A stretch of DNA of 64,000 nt from Salpingoeca rosetta (taxonomy: Eukaryota > Protista > Choanoflagellata), in NCBI GenBank assembly GCA_033442325.1, contig JAWQFM010000018.1, positions 980,996 through 1,044,995 of the forward strand, given 5' to 3'. This document shows positions 47,765 to 60,711 of the stretch, one piece after another. The translations under genes and the position numbers were made by a program. Below the pieces are notes generated by a model, which was not told the origin of the DNA, did no database searches, and saw only the letters and a program-made list of their open reading frames with translations. Each line of letters starts with the position of its first letter. Position 1 is the stretch's first letter.

Positions 47765-48312
47765 GCCTGTGTCTCTCTGTCTGTCTGTCTGTCTGTCTGT
47801 CTGTGTCTGTCTGTCTGTCTATATCTAGACTTTGCCAACATGTGTACTCGACGCTGGCGCCGTGCTTTGAACCAACACCCCTCCTCTTGATGCCCCCCCC
47901 CCCTTTCAGCTCCAAGAGCGTGGCACAGCGCCCTGGTGCCTCCGACACAATGAAGAAGCTTTTTCACTCAAGCTCAAAGCGGGTGCGTGCGTGCATCTGC
48001 GTCTGGGTCTGTGTCTGTGTCTGTGTTTGTCTGTCTGCCTTGTCTAACTGTTTGTCTGTCTGACTTGTCTATTTGCATCTTTATTATATCTTTCTCTGTC
48101 TTGTTGCCCATGCCTTTAAATGTGCTTCTTTCTCTCGCTCTAATTGTGCGCCTCTCTTCAATGTCCTTGTTTCTCGCCCTCTCTTTGCTCCTCTTGGCTC
48201 ACACTTCCACTTCCCCCCGCCCGTTGCCTTTCCTCACTGCATGCAGGACATGAACCAATACAAGACGTTCACGTCACGCACAGGCTACTCCATGTCGCAC
48301 ACGTGGGGTTGA
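45988..48312 (+). CDS. RTF2: Replication termination factor 2 (Rtf2 RING-like), multi-exon
   Basis: [59 protein letters not shown]...[10 protein letters not shown]...CLVCSKPF. Confidence 0.93.
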
Positions 48313-48570
48313 CCTGGATGCTGTTAATGTACTCTGTATTGCATTTCTGGCCTGATGATTTTGCTTTGTACCTGCCTGCTTGCTTGCTTGCGTGCTTGCT
48401 TTGTCGTTTGATCGTGCCATGTTGTAGCTGCAACGTAACTGCGAGGCCCTGCGTCTGCGTGTTTCGACACACCTGGTCCTCTGTACCATAAACTGCCCGA
48501 ACGTCACATCAACACGCTTGTCGTGTTGGACAAAGCAACAACAAGAGTGTGTTGCATGGTTGAGGAGGAC

Positions 48571-48849
<279 letters not shown>

Positions 48850-48911
48850 CCAAAAACCAAGTCAATTTGTTTTCATATACATAAATTTCCCAGGCCCCAA
48901 TAACAAGAGTT

Positions 48912-48985
48912 GTTTCCGTGGTGTAGTTGGCTATCACATCAGTCTAACACACTGAAGGTCTCCGGTTCGAGCCCGGACGGAAACA
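48912..48985 (+). tRNA. tRNA-Val (anticodon AAC)
   Basis: Acceptor stem GTTTCCG/CGGAAAC, anticodon arm TCAGT-CTAACAC-ACTGA, T-arm TCCGG-TTCGAGC-CCGGA, discriminator A. Confidence 0.97.
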
Positions 48986-48994
48986 CACTCGTTC

Positions 48995-49002
48995 TTTTTT
49001 TT
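48995..49002 (+). terminator. RNA polymerase III oligo-T terminator of tRNA-Val
   Basis: T8 run starting 10 nt after the tRNA end. Confidence 0.8.
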
Positions 49003-50038
49003 GCTTTTGCTTTTGTTTTTGTTGGTGCTGACATGATGTGACGCATTCACCACACCACACCACACCACATCACACCCCCATTTTCCACGACTTGTCTTCC
49101 TTGCTGTTTTGCCTGGTGGTGCGTTTACTACGACTGCTCTGCTGGTTCACTTGCAAGCAAGCAGGTGGGACGTGTGCGTGGCTCTACGTGGGGTGAAGCA
49201 GCACCAATTGCACCGTGCAGCGATGGTTTCGCGCACATGCGCGTCTCCTTTGTCATGCACATGTGAGTGAAGTGGTGAAGGGATGAAAACAAGGGGTGGT
49301 GACACGATCACCACAACCCAACCACAAACATGACGAGGCAACGAGACGCAGAGGGCAGCGAGAACCATCACCAACCACACAACCACGCAACCGCACAACC
49401 ACAACAGCGGGCAATGGCGAGGGAACAAAAACGCACGTGTTCGCTTGCTCAACACTCGTCGATGCTGTCAAGCAGCGCTCGGTTCTCACGCACTCACACA
49501 CACCACACAGGCAATCATGGACAGTTGGAGTGGGTAGTCGTAGTCAACACTGTAGGACAATTCACGCACACACACACACGCACACACGAAAACAAACAGA
49601 AACATCATACAGAAGCGCAGCACAAACACACACACACACACACACACACTCAAAAGGAGAATGCACAGTATGCGGGCGATTGGAGATAAACACACGTGGG
49701 TTGACTCAAGGCACCGCACCACAAATGGGGCGCAAAAGGAAAGAAACAGGCAGCAGCAACAACAAAGCGTCAGCCGGCACACATGAGACGAAACAAGGAA
49801 GAAACGCAGCACGTTCAGGAGATGCTGGTTGTGGAGAAGGATGGTTTGTTGGTTTGATGGGCAGCGTTGGATGCTTGCGTTGCGTTGCGTTGTTGTGATG
49901 ATTGCGTTGGAGCAGAAGTGGAGTTGGTTGGATAAAAGCGAAGTGGGAGAAGGGTGGACCGAGTGCGAGGAGTGTGGTGCTACTCGTCTTGGGGCAAAAA
50001 GAAAAAGGGAGAAAGGGAGAGATAAGGGGGAGGGGGAG

Positions 50039-53000
50039 TTAGGCCTCGTAAAAGCGGACGAGGTCAACGTTCATCTGACCAGCGGAGCCCGTGCTGTCAA
50101 TGACGACAAACACGCCCTCGGAGGACGGTGCAGTGAAGGACATGGAGAAGCTGGTGAAGGTGCCCTGCGTGACATCGCCCGTGGTGACATCAATCGTGGC
50201 AAGCACGTCCTGCGACGTGGCAGACACAACAGCAATGGTGCCCTCAGAGAAGTCCTCATCCGCACGCCAGCCAATCATGGCCTCAACCGTGTAGGTCGCG
50301 CCGGGGGTCATGGAGAAGGACGACGGCTGTTGCAGCATGCTGGCAGTCTGGAAGAGGAAGGCAACGTTGTCGCCGCTGGGTGCACCGCCAGGGTAGCTGA
50401 CAATGTCTGGGTTGAGCACGCCGGCAACGCCAGTCGTCACCCACCCGGAAATGTCGGTGGTGAAGTCGTTGTCGTTGGGGAGGTTCGTGGCCTCAAAGTC
50501 AGAGTTGCTCAGCACGTTGGGGTCGGCAGTCGTGCTCGTGGTCGTGGCAGCGGCAGTGGTGGTGGTGCCCTCCGTAGTCGTCGGGTTCAGGTTCGTGTTG
50601 ACAAACACGTGGTCGATGTTCACCTGCCCGGTGCTGCTGGCGCCAATGAAGAGAAGCACAACGTTCTCGCCATCCACACCACTCGGCGTCACAAAGTTGA
50701 GGTCGATGCGGGCAAACTCACCCGAGGCAACGTCGTTGCTCGTGTACGCGCCAGAGGCGAGCACCTCGTTGGTGTCCGAGGACGACACAAACACCTGCAC
50801 GCCGTTGAAGGCGGTGTCGGCGCGACGGCCAATCCAGAAGTAGAACGACACGGGCGTGCCCTCGGAGAGCGTGTAGCCGGTCGTCTGCTGTGCACTCGCA
50901 GTGCCGCGCAGGAAGAGAACCTGGTTGCCGTCGGGCGCATCCGTGGCAAAGTTGACGCCGGTGGTGGGGCGGAACACGCCAGAGGTGCCGGACAGCGTCC
51001 AGCCGGTGGCGCTGCCAGAGAAGTCGCCATCAGCAGCAAGCGACGGCAGCTCAAAGCTCGGGTTTGTGGCGGCGCTCACCTGCGGTGTGGTGGTGGTCGT
51101 CGTCGTGGTAGTTGTCGTGGTCGTGGTGGTGGTGGTGGTTGTGGTTGTGGTTGTGGTGGTTGTGGTTGTGGTTGTGGTTGTGGTGGTTGTGGACTGGGTC
51201 GTGGTCGTCGTGGTGGTGGTCGTGGTGGTGGTCGTTGTTGTTGTTGTTGTGGTGGTGGTGTCAGGGTAGGCGCGCACACGCACGTCGTCGACGTTGACCT
51301 GACCGGCGGCGGCGGCGCCGCCAAAGCTGAGCACGAGGGCCTCGTTCGTCACACCCTCGCCAACGGTGCCGGAGAAGGAGAACGACATAAACTCGCCCTG
51401 CACAACGTCACCGCTGTTGATCTGTGTGGAAACAATCTGGGTGCCGAGCTCCGTGAAGAGACCAACAACGAGGCCGTTGAAGGGCAGGTCGCTGCGCCAG
51501 CCAACGGAGAGGGACAGAGACACCTCGTCGCCCTCAGACACAGACAGGGTCAGGTCGGTCGACTGCTGGGCAACTGCGCCAGAGCGGAGGTAGAGGCACT
51601 GCACGCCGTCAGGCACGCCGCCAGCATAGTTGCTGGAGGTGGGGAAGTACACGCCAGCGTCGCCGCCAAGGGACCACGACGTGGCCTCGGTGGTGAAGTC
51701 CCCCGCAGCCGTGAGTGCGGGGCTCTCAAAGCTGCCGTTGTCCAGGGCATTGGGCTCCTCGGTTGTGGTGGAGGAAGACGTGGAGGACGAAGTCGACGAG
51801 GACGTGGAGGTCGAGGTCGATGTCGAGGTAGAGGATGTCGTGGACGTGGACGACGATGTGGATGTGGAGGAGGAGGTTGAGGTGGAGGTGGACGATGAGG
51901 TGGAGGTGGACGAGGAAGTCGAGGTGGAGCTGGAGGTGCTGGTGGTGTAGAGGGCGTCGCGCTTGCAGACGTAGCCACGGCGCAGGGTGCACTTGCGGTC
52001 CTCCCACTCGCCCTGCGGGGCACCAGCGCCGTCGCGCACGTTGAACAGGATGCAGTTCTCGCCAAAGTTGCGTGTTGGCTCACCGGGGGCATAGGGGGTC
52101 ACGTCTGGGTTTGGCTCGCTGCCATCGGTCCACTGCAGGCCTGGGGAAAACTCCGGGAAGAAGCCGCCAATCCACAGCTCGTTGTTGGTGGTGGAGTCCA
52201 GGGAAAGCCAGAACACAAACTCGTGCTCCTCAGCAGTCAACACCGACACAAGGTCGCCATTGAGGTCCAGGCAGCCCTGGTGGGCATCGTCAAACACTTC
52301 CTTGTCCTCAATCACAATGTAGTCCTTCTCCATGTAGCGAGTCCATCCTGTGGTGAGAGAGGGGCGTGGGTGTGAGAAAGGGAAAGGGAGTGTGTGCGTG
52401 TGTGTGCGTGTGTGTGCGTTTGTGTGTGTTTTTTGTGCGTGTGCGTTTGTGTGTGTGTGTGTGTGTGTGTTGTGTGTGTGCGCGCGCGTGTTTTGTGTAT
52501 CAATAAAAATGCACGTGCGTGGGCATGGGTGGAAAGAACAGAGGTAGCACGGAACGTTGTGAAAAGCAACACACGAGTAACACAGGCGCGCACGCGCGTA
52601 CCATCGTGGGTCTTGAAGAATGTTGAGGTCGAGGTGGATGTGGATGTGGATGTGGAGGTTGAGGAAGACGTGGACGTGGACGAAGACGTGGATGTCGAGG
52701 ACGAGGTGGAGGTGGAGGTGGAGGAAGAAGAGGAGGTGGAGGAAGATGTGGACGTGGAGGACGACGAGGATGTGGTGGTTGAGGACGACGACGAGGTTGA
52801 GGAGGAGGAAGAGGTTGAGGAGGAAGAGGTCGTGGACGTCGATGAAGACGTGGACGTGCTGGAGGAGGAGGAGGTGGAGGACGAAGAAGAGGTGGAGGTA
52901 GAGGAGGAGGTGGATGTTGAGGAGGAGGTGGAGGTGGAAGATGAAGAGGACGTTGTGGAGGAGGAGGATGTGGAGGTGGAGGAAGAGGTGGAGGTGGAGG

Positions 53001-54278
53001 AAGACGAGGACGTGGAGGACGATGAGGACGTGGATGAGGACGAAGACGTGGACGATGTGGTGGATGTGGAGGTCGACGACGAGGACGATGTGGAAGTGGA
53101 GGTGGAGGTAGATGTGGAGGTGGAAGAGGAGGTTGTTGAGGATGTCGATGTGGAGGAGGAGGAGGACGTGGACGTGGACGTGGACGTGGTGAAGGTTGAG
53201 CGGCCGCAGAGGAAGGCGCGGAAGGCCTCACAGTCGCGGTCACCCCACATGCCGGTCTGTGTGCCGTCCTTGAGGCGAATGTCGTACAGGACGCACAGGC
53301 CGCTGTTGTCTGGCTCCGAGGGGAGGTAGGGCAGCTCGTAGTCGGGGGCGTCGCGGCCGTTGACCCAGTAGAAGTCGCGGGTGGTTTCGTCGTACTTGCC
53401 GCCAATCCACACCTCGTTCACGGGTGCTGTCTCATACAGGAAGTTGGAGATGAACATGTTCTCCTCGAGGTCGCGGATCGAGGCAAGGTCGGCGTCCAGA
53501 CCCAGGCACACGTCACGTGCAGCGTCAAACTGCAGCTTGTTACCTTCGCCAAACACCTGGAACTCAAAGTTGTTGTGCTGCACCCAGCCTGTGTGTGTGT
53601 GTGTGTGGTGGGGTGGGGGGGGTGTTGTATCCTCGGCATTCTGTGACGACCACATATCATCCCAGTGATCTACCTTCACGCGGGGCTGTTCAAGAGCGGA
53701 AGACTTACTGTAACTTTGCGCGGCCGTGAGTAATCTTGAGATTACGTAAAGCTAGAGCGGTCTTCATAGTGGTCTATGATTGAGGGGAAAGTGCTTGGTA
53801 CCTATGAGAAGTGGCACTACATAGATCGCATTCGTAAATAACATTCTACACCTGTTCAGTACGCTCGTCCTGGTCCCAGGATTTCGTTGCGGGATCCCAT
53901 GTCATGGAGAGTTCGCTCACGGTAGGCTACGGCTTACCAACGTATCCGTCTCTGGCATCACTTGTGGATGAAATATCGCATACTGTAGTCTACGGAAAAT
54001 GCTGATCCCGCCGTAAGAGCGCCTTTTTTTGCACTCCAGGGATATTACATTGAACAAATTTGCATACACTTTTGAGGAAGTTAATCATCTTACAACACCC
54101 CACATCTCCTTCGTCCACCCAACGAGTATAGACTAAAGTTTTTTGTCCCCGCACCCACCTTTTTTTTGTTTTTTTGTGTGGGGGGGGGGGGGGGGTGATT
54201 GGTTGGATGATGGGATGAGCGTACAGCAAGAGATGGGATGACCAAAGTGAGTGAGTGACTGACTGTGCGTGTGTGCGT

Positions 54279-54313
<35 letters not shown>

Positions 54314-55277
54314 CGTGTGTATGTGTGGATATGGTATTTGTGAACGAAGGAAATGCACAGGATGATGCACGTGGTGAAGGACACTGGGCAGGAGACGAAC
54401 CGTCGGGGGAGATGACAAAGTCGGTAGTTGTGGTCGTGGTCGTGGTGGTCGTTGTCGTGGTGGTCGTGGTCGTGCTGTTTGGTGCATTAGATTCACAGGG
54501 TTGGTGTGAGAGGCGTACAGGAAAAGACAGTGGAACAAGCAAGCTAGGGGGGGGGCAAGGATGACAGGGTTTCCTTCATGCATGCATGCGTGCATGCATG
54601 AACACGTGCAAGCAAGCGAGCGTGGAAAATGAAGGAGGAAGCCTTGAGGCGCACATATGACACGAGAGGCCAGTCATATCCAACACAAGCAACCCGCACT
54701 ACAGATTGTCAGCCACTTACTCGAGGAAGGAGGTGAGGGAGCAGTCATCAATGTACGCGATCTTGCCGGTGGTGTTGCTGGAGAAGCCGACACGAATGGG
54801 AACGCCGTGTTCAGAGAAGGTGGCGGTGAACTCGGTGGAAAACTGGTACAAGACACCGTTGTCGACGTCAGCATCGACAATGGTGGTGCTTGACAGCACG
54901 GCGTTGTTGTCGTCGCGGCGAAGCTGCATGGAGACGGTGCGCATGTCGGGCCCCTCGTTGTCGATGGCCTCGCCAACGTAGCAGGAGAAGCGGTACGTGC
55001 GGCCAGAGGTGAACAGGTCATCCAGGCTCTGGTAGAAATCAACGTCGTCCCTCTTCACGATACCGGAGACGAAGGTACCATCGGGGATGACATCGTCTGT
55101 GAACAGGCCAGCGCCGGTAACGTTGAATGTCCTGACGCGGGTACGCACGCCTTCCATGACCCATCCGGTGAGATCGCCTGTCTCGAAGCTGGGGTTGGTC
55201 AGGGTGATATCGACGGGCTGTGCGCCGGCGAGGGCGACAGCGGCCAGCAGCAGCGTGGCTGCTGCAAACACGCGCAT
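50039..55277 (-). CDS. Secreted 1308-aa mosaic lectin: signal peptide, 4 CBM/galactose-binding-like repeats, 2 C-type lectin domains, Ser/Thr mucin stretches
   Basis: Exons 55277-54721, 54474-54401, 53588-52602 and 52347-50039 are phase-compatible (3927 nt). CTLDs: C...LASI...WIGG...EPD...C...WGDRDC...FLC and WIGG...EPT...ENC...WEDRKC...YVC. Repeats begin N(P/G/S)(S/D)FE...W. Confidence 0.92.
53619..54150. other. Compositionally foreign, hairpin-rich insertion in intron 2 of the lectin gene (MITE-like element, ncRNA or artefact)
   Basis: No microsatellites, many TA dinucleotides, 11-bp inverted repeat GGGGTGTTGTA (53619-53629) / TACAACACCCC (54091-54101), several tetraloop hairpins and a T7 run. 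Confidence 0.55.
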
Positions 55278-56974
55278 GTTGATTGGCTGGTCTTCTTTTC
55301 AGAAGAAGAGAAGCACGGAGAGCGGAGGAGGATGGGAATAAAAGGGGGGGGGAGGGAGGGAGGGATAATGAGTTGGCCAAGGCGGAAGGTCGGAAGGAAG
55401 ATCGCAACCCAAAACGGATAAGGCGTGTGATGCGATGAGGAAGACGTGTGAGTGGATGAGCGGCTCCGTGTGCGTGCATGTGAGAGAGGGGGGGGGAAGG
55501 GTGATGGATGTCGAGCGGAGACAATGGATGTTGCTTTGTGTGGCGATAGCGCGAGCTGAGGAATCGTGGTGGGATCGAGTAGGCTTGGCACGGAAATGGC
55601 GATGCAAGCAAGCAAGCAAGAACAAGTGAAGCAAGCGAGAACAAGCAAGCAAGAGGGGGGGGGGTGAATGAATGAATGAATGCAAGGCGATTCGTTCGTG
55701 TCCACACTCACCAATGGGTGGAAAAGCAAACAGTGGACTTGGCAAGCCGAGCGCTCGTGGTGCGTGCTTGCAAGCACAGGAAACGGGAGGAAAGGCTTGG
55801 CTGGCAAAAGTCGACAAGCAGGTGGGGTTGGACAGAGAAAGTGTGCATGTGTGTGCATGTGTGTGCGTGTGTGTGTGTGGGGGCGTGAGTGTGTGTGTGT
55901 GTGTGAGAGAGAGAGAGCGAGGTGATGCGTGTTGGGATGCGACTGCAGGTGTTGGAAGGTGAGGAGGCAACAATGTCATTGGCGCGAAGAGAGGCTGAGT
56001 GGAAGGAGGACGACGGCCAATGTGACAACGGGAGGGAGGACGGGCGTGACAGAGCCACCAAAGGCCACGCTCACACACAAGCAAGCAAGCAAGCAAGCAC
56101 ACCAGGTCAAACACAAGGGGAGTTTTGCGCAGAGGATGGATCATTCGGGTGGGGCCTTCCCCCATCCGTCCATCCCATATGCGTGTGGGATGGGATGGGA
56201 TTGCAGCCAAGAGCCGCGCCCGCTCTCTGCGGATGCACTCACCAGGTGGAGAGAGGGGAATGTGGGTCTGCGCTGGACCAAGGCTTGGGACGCACTCTAT
56301 GGGTGCGTATGCGGAAGGAAGGATGGAGACGTGATGAGAGTGGGAGAGAAAGCAGCAGACCGGCAGAGCAGCAGAGCGGCAGAGAGAGAGGAAGGGTGGG
56401 TCACGGAGTCAAGTCGCGTGTGAGGTGTGTGTGTGTGTTTGATGGTAGTGAGGCAAAACACAACACACGCTTTGCTTTTCTTGCTTTGCTTCAGTGCTTC
56501 CTTATTCTGTGAGTTTTGTTGCCTGCAAGCACGCACGACACAAAACAATCACGCAACAAAGCAAAGGCGGCGAGGCACACGCACACAACGCCGTGCGCAC
56601 TGACGCAGGGGCGAGTTAAGTTTTGCAGTGAGCGCGCCGCGCCTGCACCAAATCAGTGACCCTCCCCACTCAATGGGTGGTCGCGCGCGATTGATGAGAA
56701 AAAAAATTATTGTTTTGTGGTGCTTGGAAGGAAAGACACCGCAAGATTTTCGTGAAATGGCGACTGGCCGTTTGCATGCAGGCAACAACGCCGATGATTC
56801 GTGGACACCTTCCACGATGACTCGCTACGCTCTTCAACGCCACTTGGTAGGAGTCATCGGTGCTTCGTTGATACGATGTCGTCAGGTGGCGAATGCGAAA
56901 GCTGGTGGTTGTGTCGGATACAGAGAAGAAGCAGAAAGACGATGCATACCCACAGACACAGACATCCACTCCCA

Positions 56975-57098
56975 CACACATACACTCACACTCACATACA
57001 CTCACACTCACACTCACATACACTCACACTCACACACTCACATACACTCACACTCACATACACTCACACTCACACTCACATACACTCACACTCACACA
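56975..57098. repeat. CACACT/CACATA hexamer-type repeat just upstream of the PH-NACHT ATG
   Basis: Direct inspection. Confidence 0.85.
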
Positions 57099-57105
57099 CA
57101 CCGCC

Positions 57106-58717
57106 ATGTTGGCGGAGGAAGAGCAGCAACCACAGGTGCCGTCATACCTGCGACGACGTGCATCATCGCAGGAAGCATCATCAACAGCGACCAAAGCACG
57201 GCGCCGCCACACAGCACATGGTCAGCACACCAACAACACCGACACGGACACCAGCCACGCCTGGATCAACATCAAGGTATTCGGAGAGATTGTGAGCGTG
57301 CATGTGTGCATGTGCATGTGTGTGTGTGTGTGTGTGTTGGAGTTGTTGAAAAGACGCGTTGCATGCAACACGCACACACACACACACACTCATGCACACA
57401 CATGCACACACATGCACGCACACACACACACACACACTCTCTCTCTCTCCCTCTCTCCCTCACGCACACACACACACACTCTCTCTCTCCCTCTCCCTCA
57501 CGCGCGCACACACACACACACACGCACGCCCAGGCCGATGAAGTGCCATCGCTGAGGACGGCGGTGTGCTATTCCAGCAGTGGAGCAACAGAGACTCCCG
57601 ATGATGTTGCCACCACCGTGCAAGCGGAGGACGCAGATGCGGTGCTTCGCCGCATCCAGGAATGCCTGCCCTCGATCAATCTACAACAACAACAGCAACA
57701 AACTGAGGCACATGCGCAACGCTCGCAAGCACGAAACAAACATGCAACCCCACGTCGGCGTCACGCAGCAGCTGTGCCAATCGTGCCCATCCGCATCCCA
57801 CAGGCCTGTTCTGCCAACTCTGTGAATGACGACACAGCATCACAACAAACGCACCCAGCAACGACCGCACAGGCATCACCGCCTATTGGGGACCAAGCAC
57901 TCTGCGTCTCCCTTGACCTGCACACCATGGCTGCGGAGTCGGATGTTCCAACGATGGTGAGTACCATCAAATGGACATCTGGCCATCCTAACTCTCATAC
58001 TGTCATAGATCATCAGCCAACACACGCACACAGGCACACACACACACATACGCACACATGGCATGCCTTGTGGCATTGCGGCCTTGTGCATTCCCCTCTC
58101 CCCCGATCCTCTCTCGCACGCTCCATTCACCACGTCACGCATTGCCCCAAGGTGCTGTTAACACGTCCATTTTGCCTCCGACACTTGTTCACTTTATTAT
58201 TTGTTGACATGATGTGGCTGGCGCGCTCAATTTAATAGCAACGCTCCCACCAGCCCGAACTGTTGATCTTCCCGCATATCACGGATACGCCAAAGGGAAT
58301 GCTCGCAGCGCTCCAAGCACTCAAGGTACAGCGTGCTCGTGCGCTAGTGCTGGCGAGACAGAAGAGTTTGTGTCACAGCACAGGGAGCACACGAGCACAG
58401 AGCAGAGGTTCTGTTGGCTGCGGGGGGGGGGGTCAAAGAGCACGAGAGGAGGAAGGCTTTCGTGCAAGCGATCAGATTTCCGGACAACTCATGTCTTTCG
58501 AAAACCACCCAACAGGAGCAAGTCGATGGGGCGATTTCTGGCACACAGGACCAAGCACCACCCATAGCTTGTCTGGTCATCACAAGCGAAGACAGGTGCC
58601 GTCCTTCTGACAACTTGCTTGACGGTGCATACCATGCGACACCGCGTGCAACAGTACAGCCACACACACACACACACACACACACACGCAAGACACACAC
58701 ACACACACACACACGCA

Positions 58718-58807
<90 letters not shown>

Positions 58808-59254
58808 GTACACACACACGCAAGGCACACGAACTTTTTGTCTAACCGACACGTTTGTGCTGCCCTTGTTCGTCTCCCAACTGTAGGATCCCTGCGTTGT
58901 GGGAAGGGGCATTCGAGAAGCTTGAGGCGTGGGCGCAGAGGCAACGCGTGTTGCTGACGGTGTGCGAAGGAAACAACGATGCCCAGTTTCGCGCAAGCAT
59001 CCTGCACGCAACATACTTTGCTGTCAAGCGACACAGGTCTGCTGAATGTGCGTTTGTGTGTGTGTGTGTATGTGTATGTGTGTATGTGTGTATGTGTGTG
59101 TGTGATTTGTGTCGATGCATGTGCGTGTGCGGGTGCTGGTTAGCACACGCCCCTGCCACAATGCAACAAACTCTGCCGCACAAGCGGCAAGTCACACCAC
59201 ATTCACTCAAACCAAGACCTTCGACACACACACACACACACTCTCTCTCTCACC

Positions 59255-59308
<54 letters not shown>

Positions 59309-60118
59309 CACACAGAGGATGGTCGTTCGAGGAAGCCGCGGTCCTGCCAGATGCATGCCGTCAACAACAACAGAATGGAGCACGGCACCACCAGATGCTC
59401 GCAGCGAGACGCGAGAGCAGACTGCCGGCACTCCAGCGCACACCGCTTCCCCTCGCCACCATCAAAGGTGTGTCTATATATATGTGTGTGTGTGTGTTTT
59501 CCTTTTGTGTGTGTATGTGTGTCTTTGTCCATGGCTTCAGAAGCTCTTTCCTTAGCTCATCATGCCTCATGCCTGCATTGCGTTCATCCACCCTAACCCA
59601 TATCGCCCTACCCCACGCTGGCTTACTGTTGTTTCGTGATACCTTCTGGCCACCAAACCCAATAGAGGGCTGGCTGTACAAGCACGAGGTTGGAACACGT
59701 ACGCTCTTGCGTCGCGCATGGAAGAAACGCTTTTTCCGCCTCGAAGGCAACGTCCTCTCCTTCTACAGGTCTGGCTGGCTCTACGCATGCTCACGTGCAC
59801 TTTTGTTTGTGTCTGTTTGTCTGTCTGTCTGTTTGTTTGTTTATGTGTGTGTCTGTGTGTGTCTGTGTGTGTCTGTGTGTGTCTGTGTGTGTCTGTGTGT
59901 GTCTGTGTGTGGATGTGTGTGTCTGTGTGTGTCTGTGTGTCTGTGTGTCTGTGTGTCTGTGTGTGCCTGTGTGTCTGTGTGTGTCTGTGCCTGTGTCTCT
60001 GTCTGTCTGTGGTTGTGCAACACGCCTCCATGCATCCAGACAGACACTCGCCTCACATGACACATGCCTCATCTCACATGACACACAACACACTACACAT
60101 GTGTGAACCCCCTCCCCA

Positions 60119-60153
<35 letters not shown>

Positions 60154-60666
60154 AGCGAGGCGGTTGGTGAGCAGGCTGTCGGGCTTGTGAACTTGAGCGT
60201 GGCGTCGTCCATTGTCACAAGACCACACACGCAGGGTGGTGGTGCCTCCACCAGCATCGTGATCAGCTCACCACAAACGATCCTCAGCGTGTATGCGAGT
60301 ACAGACGCAGATACACTTGAGTGGTACGGCACCATCAAGGCTGCCGCAGCCGTGCACAACACCGAGACCGTTTTTCCAATGTCCCCGGTTAACACCCACC
60401 AACTCAGCGTCCCCGCAACCGAACGTAAGCTGCACACGAACAAGACGGGATGAGAAACAGAGGACAGCGCACTACACGTTCCACTTGCGCCGCTTGTTTG
60501 GTCCACTGTAACAGCACACACACACACACACATTTTCATAGAAGGACGCTCACTTACACACTTTGCCACTCTTCCTTTACATGCCTATCGTCTTGTCCGA
60601 CACCCACACACCCACACACCCACACACACACACACACACACCCACACACCCACACACACCCACACA

Positions 60667-60711
<45 letters not shown>

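Noticed and set aside
49829-51880. 683-aa + strand ORF, and the acidic 52394-53329 ORF
   Set aside because: Antisense shadows of the strongly codon-biased Ser/Thr-rich lectin exons.
53699-53765. Inward-facing BbsI sites suggesting a cloning scar
   Set aside because: A 6-bp pair is expected by chance in 500 nt, and no vector sequence is recognisable.
53780-54030. RNase MRP-like (GGGGAAAGT...GAGAA) or group I intron-like (TTGCGGGA...TCCCGC) motifs in the intronic island
   Set aside because: No convincing CR-V/P1 partner for MRP and no correctly ordered R/S elements for a group I intron, so no specific family is assigned.
50039-55277. Calling the lectin gene rosetteless (rtls)
   Set aside because: Its length (1308 aa), 4 exons and four repeats do not match my recollection of rtls, so no symbol is assigned without an alignment.
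56628-57105. Upstream part of the 535-aa ORF 56628-58235 as coding
   Set aside because: It reads through hexamer and CA repeats; only the 57533-57956 part looks like a real exon of the PH-NACHT gene.
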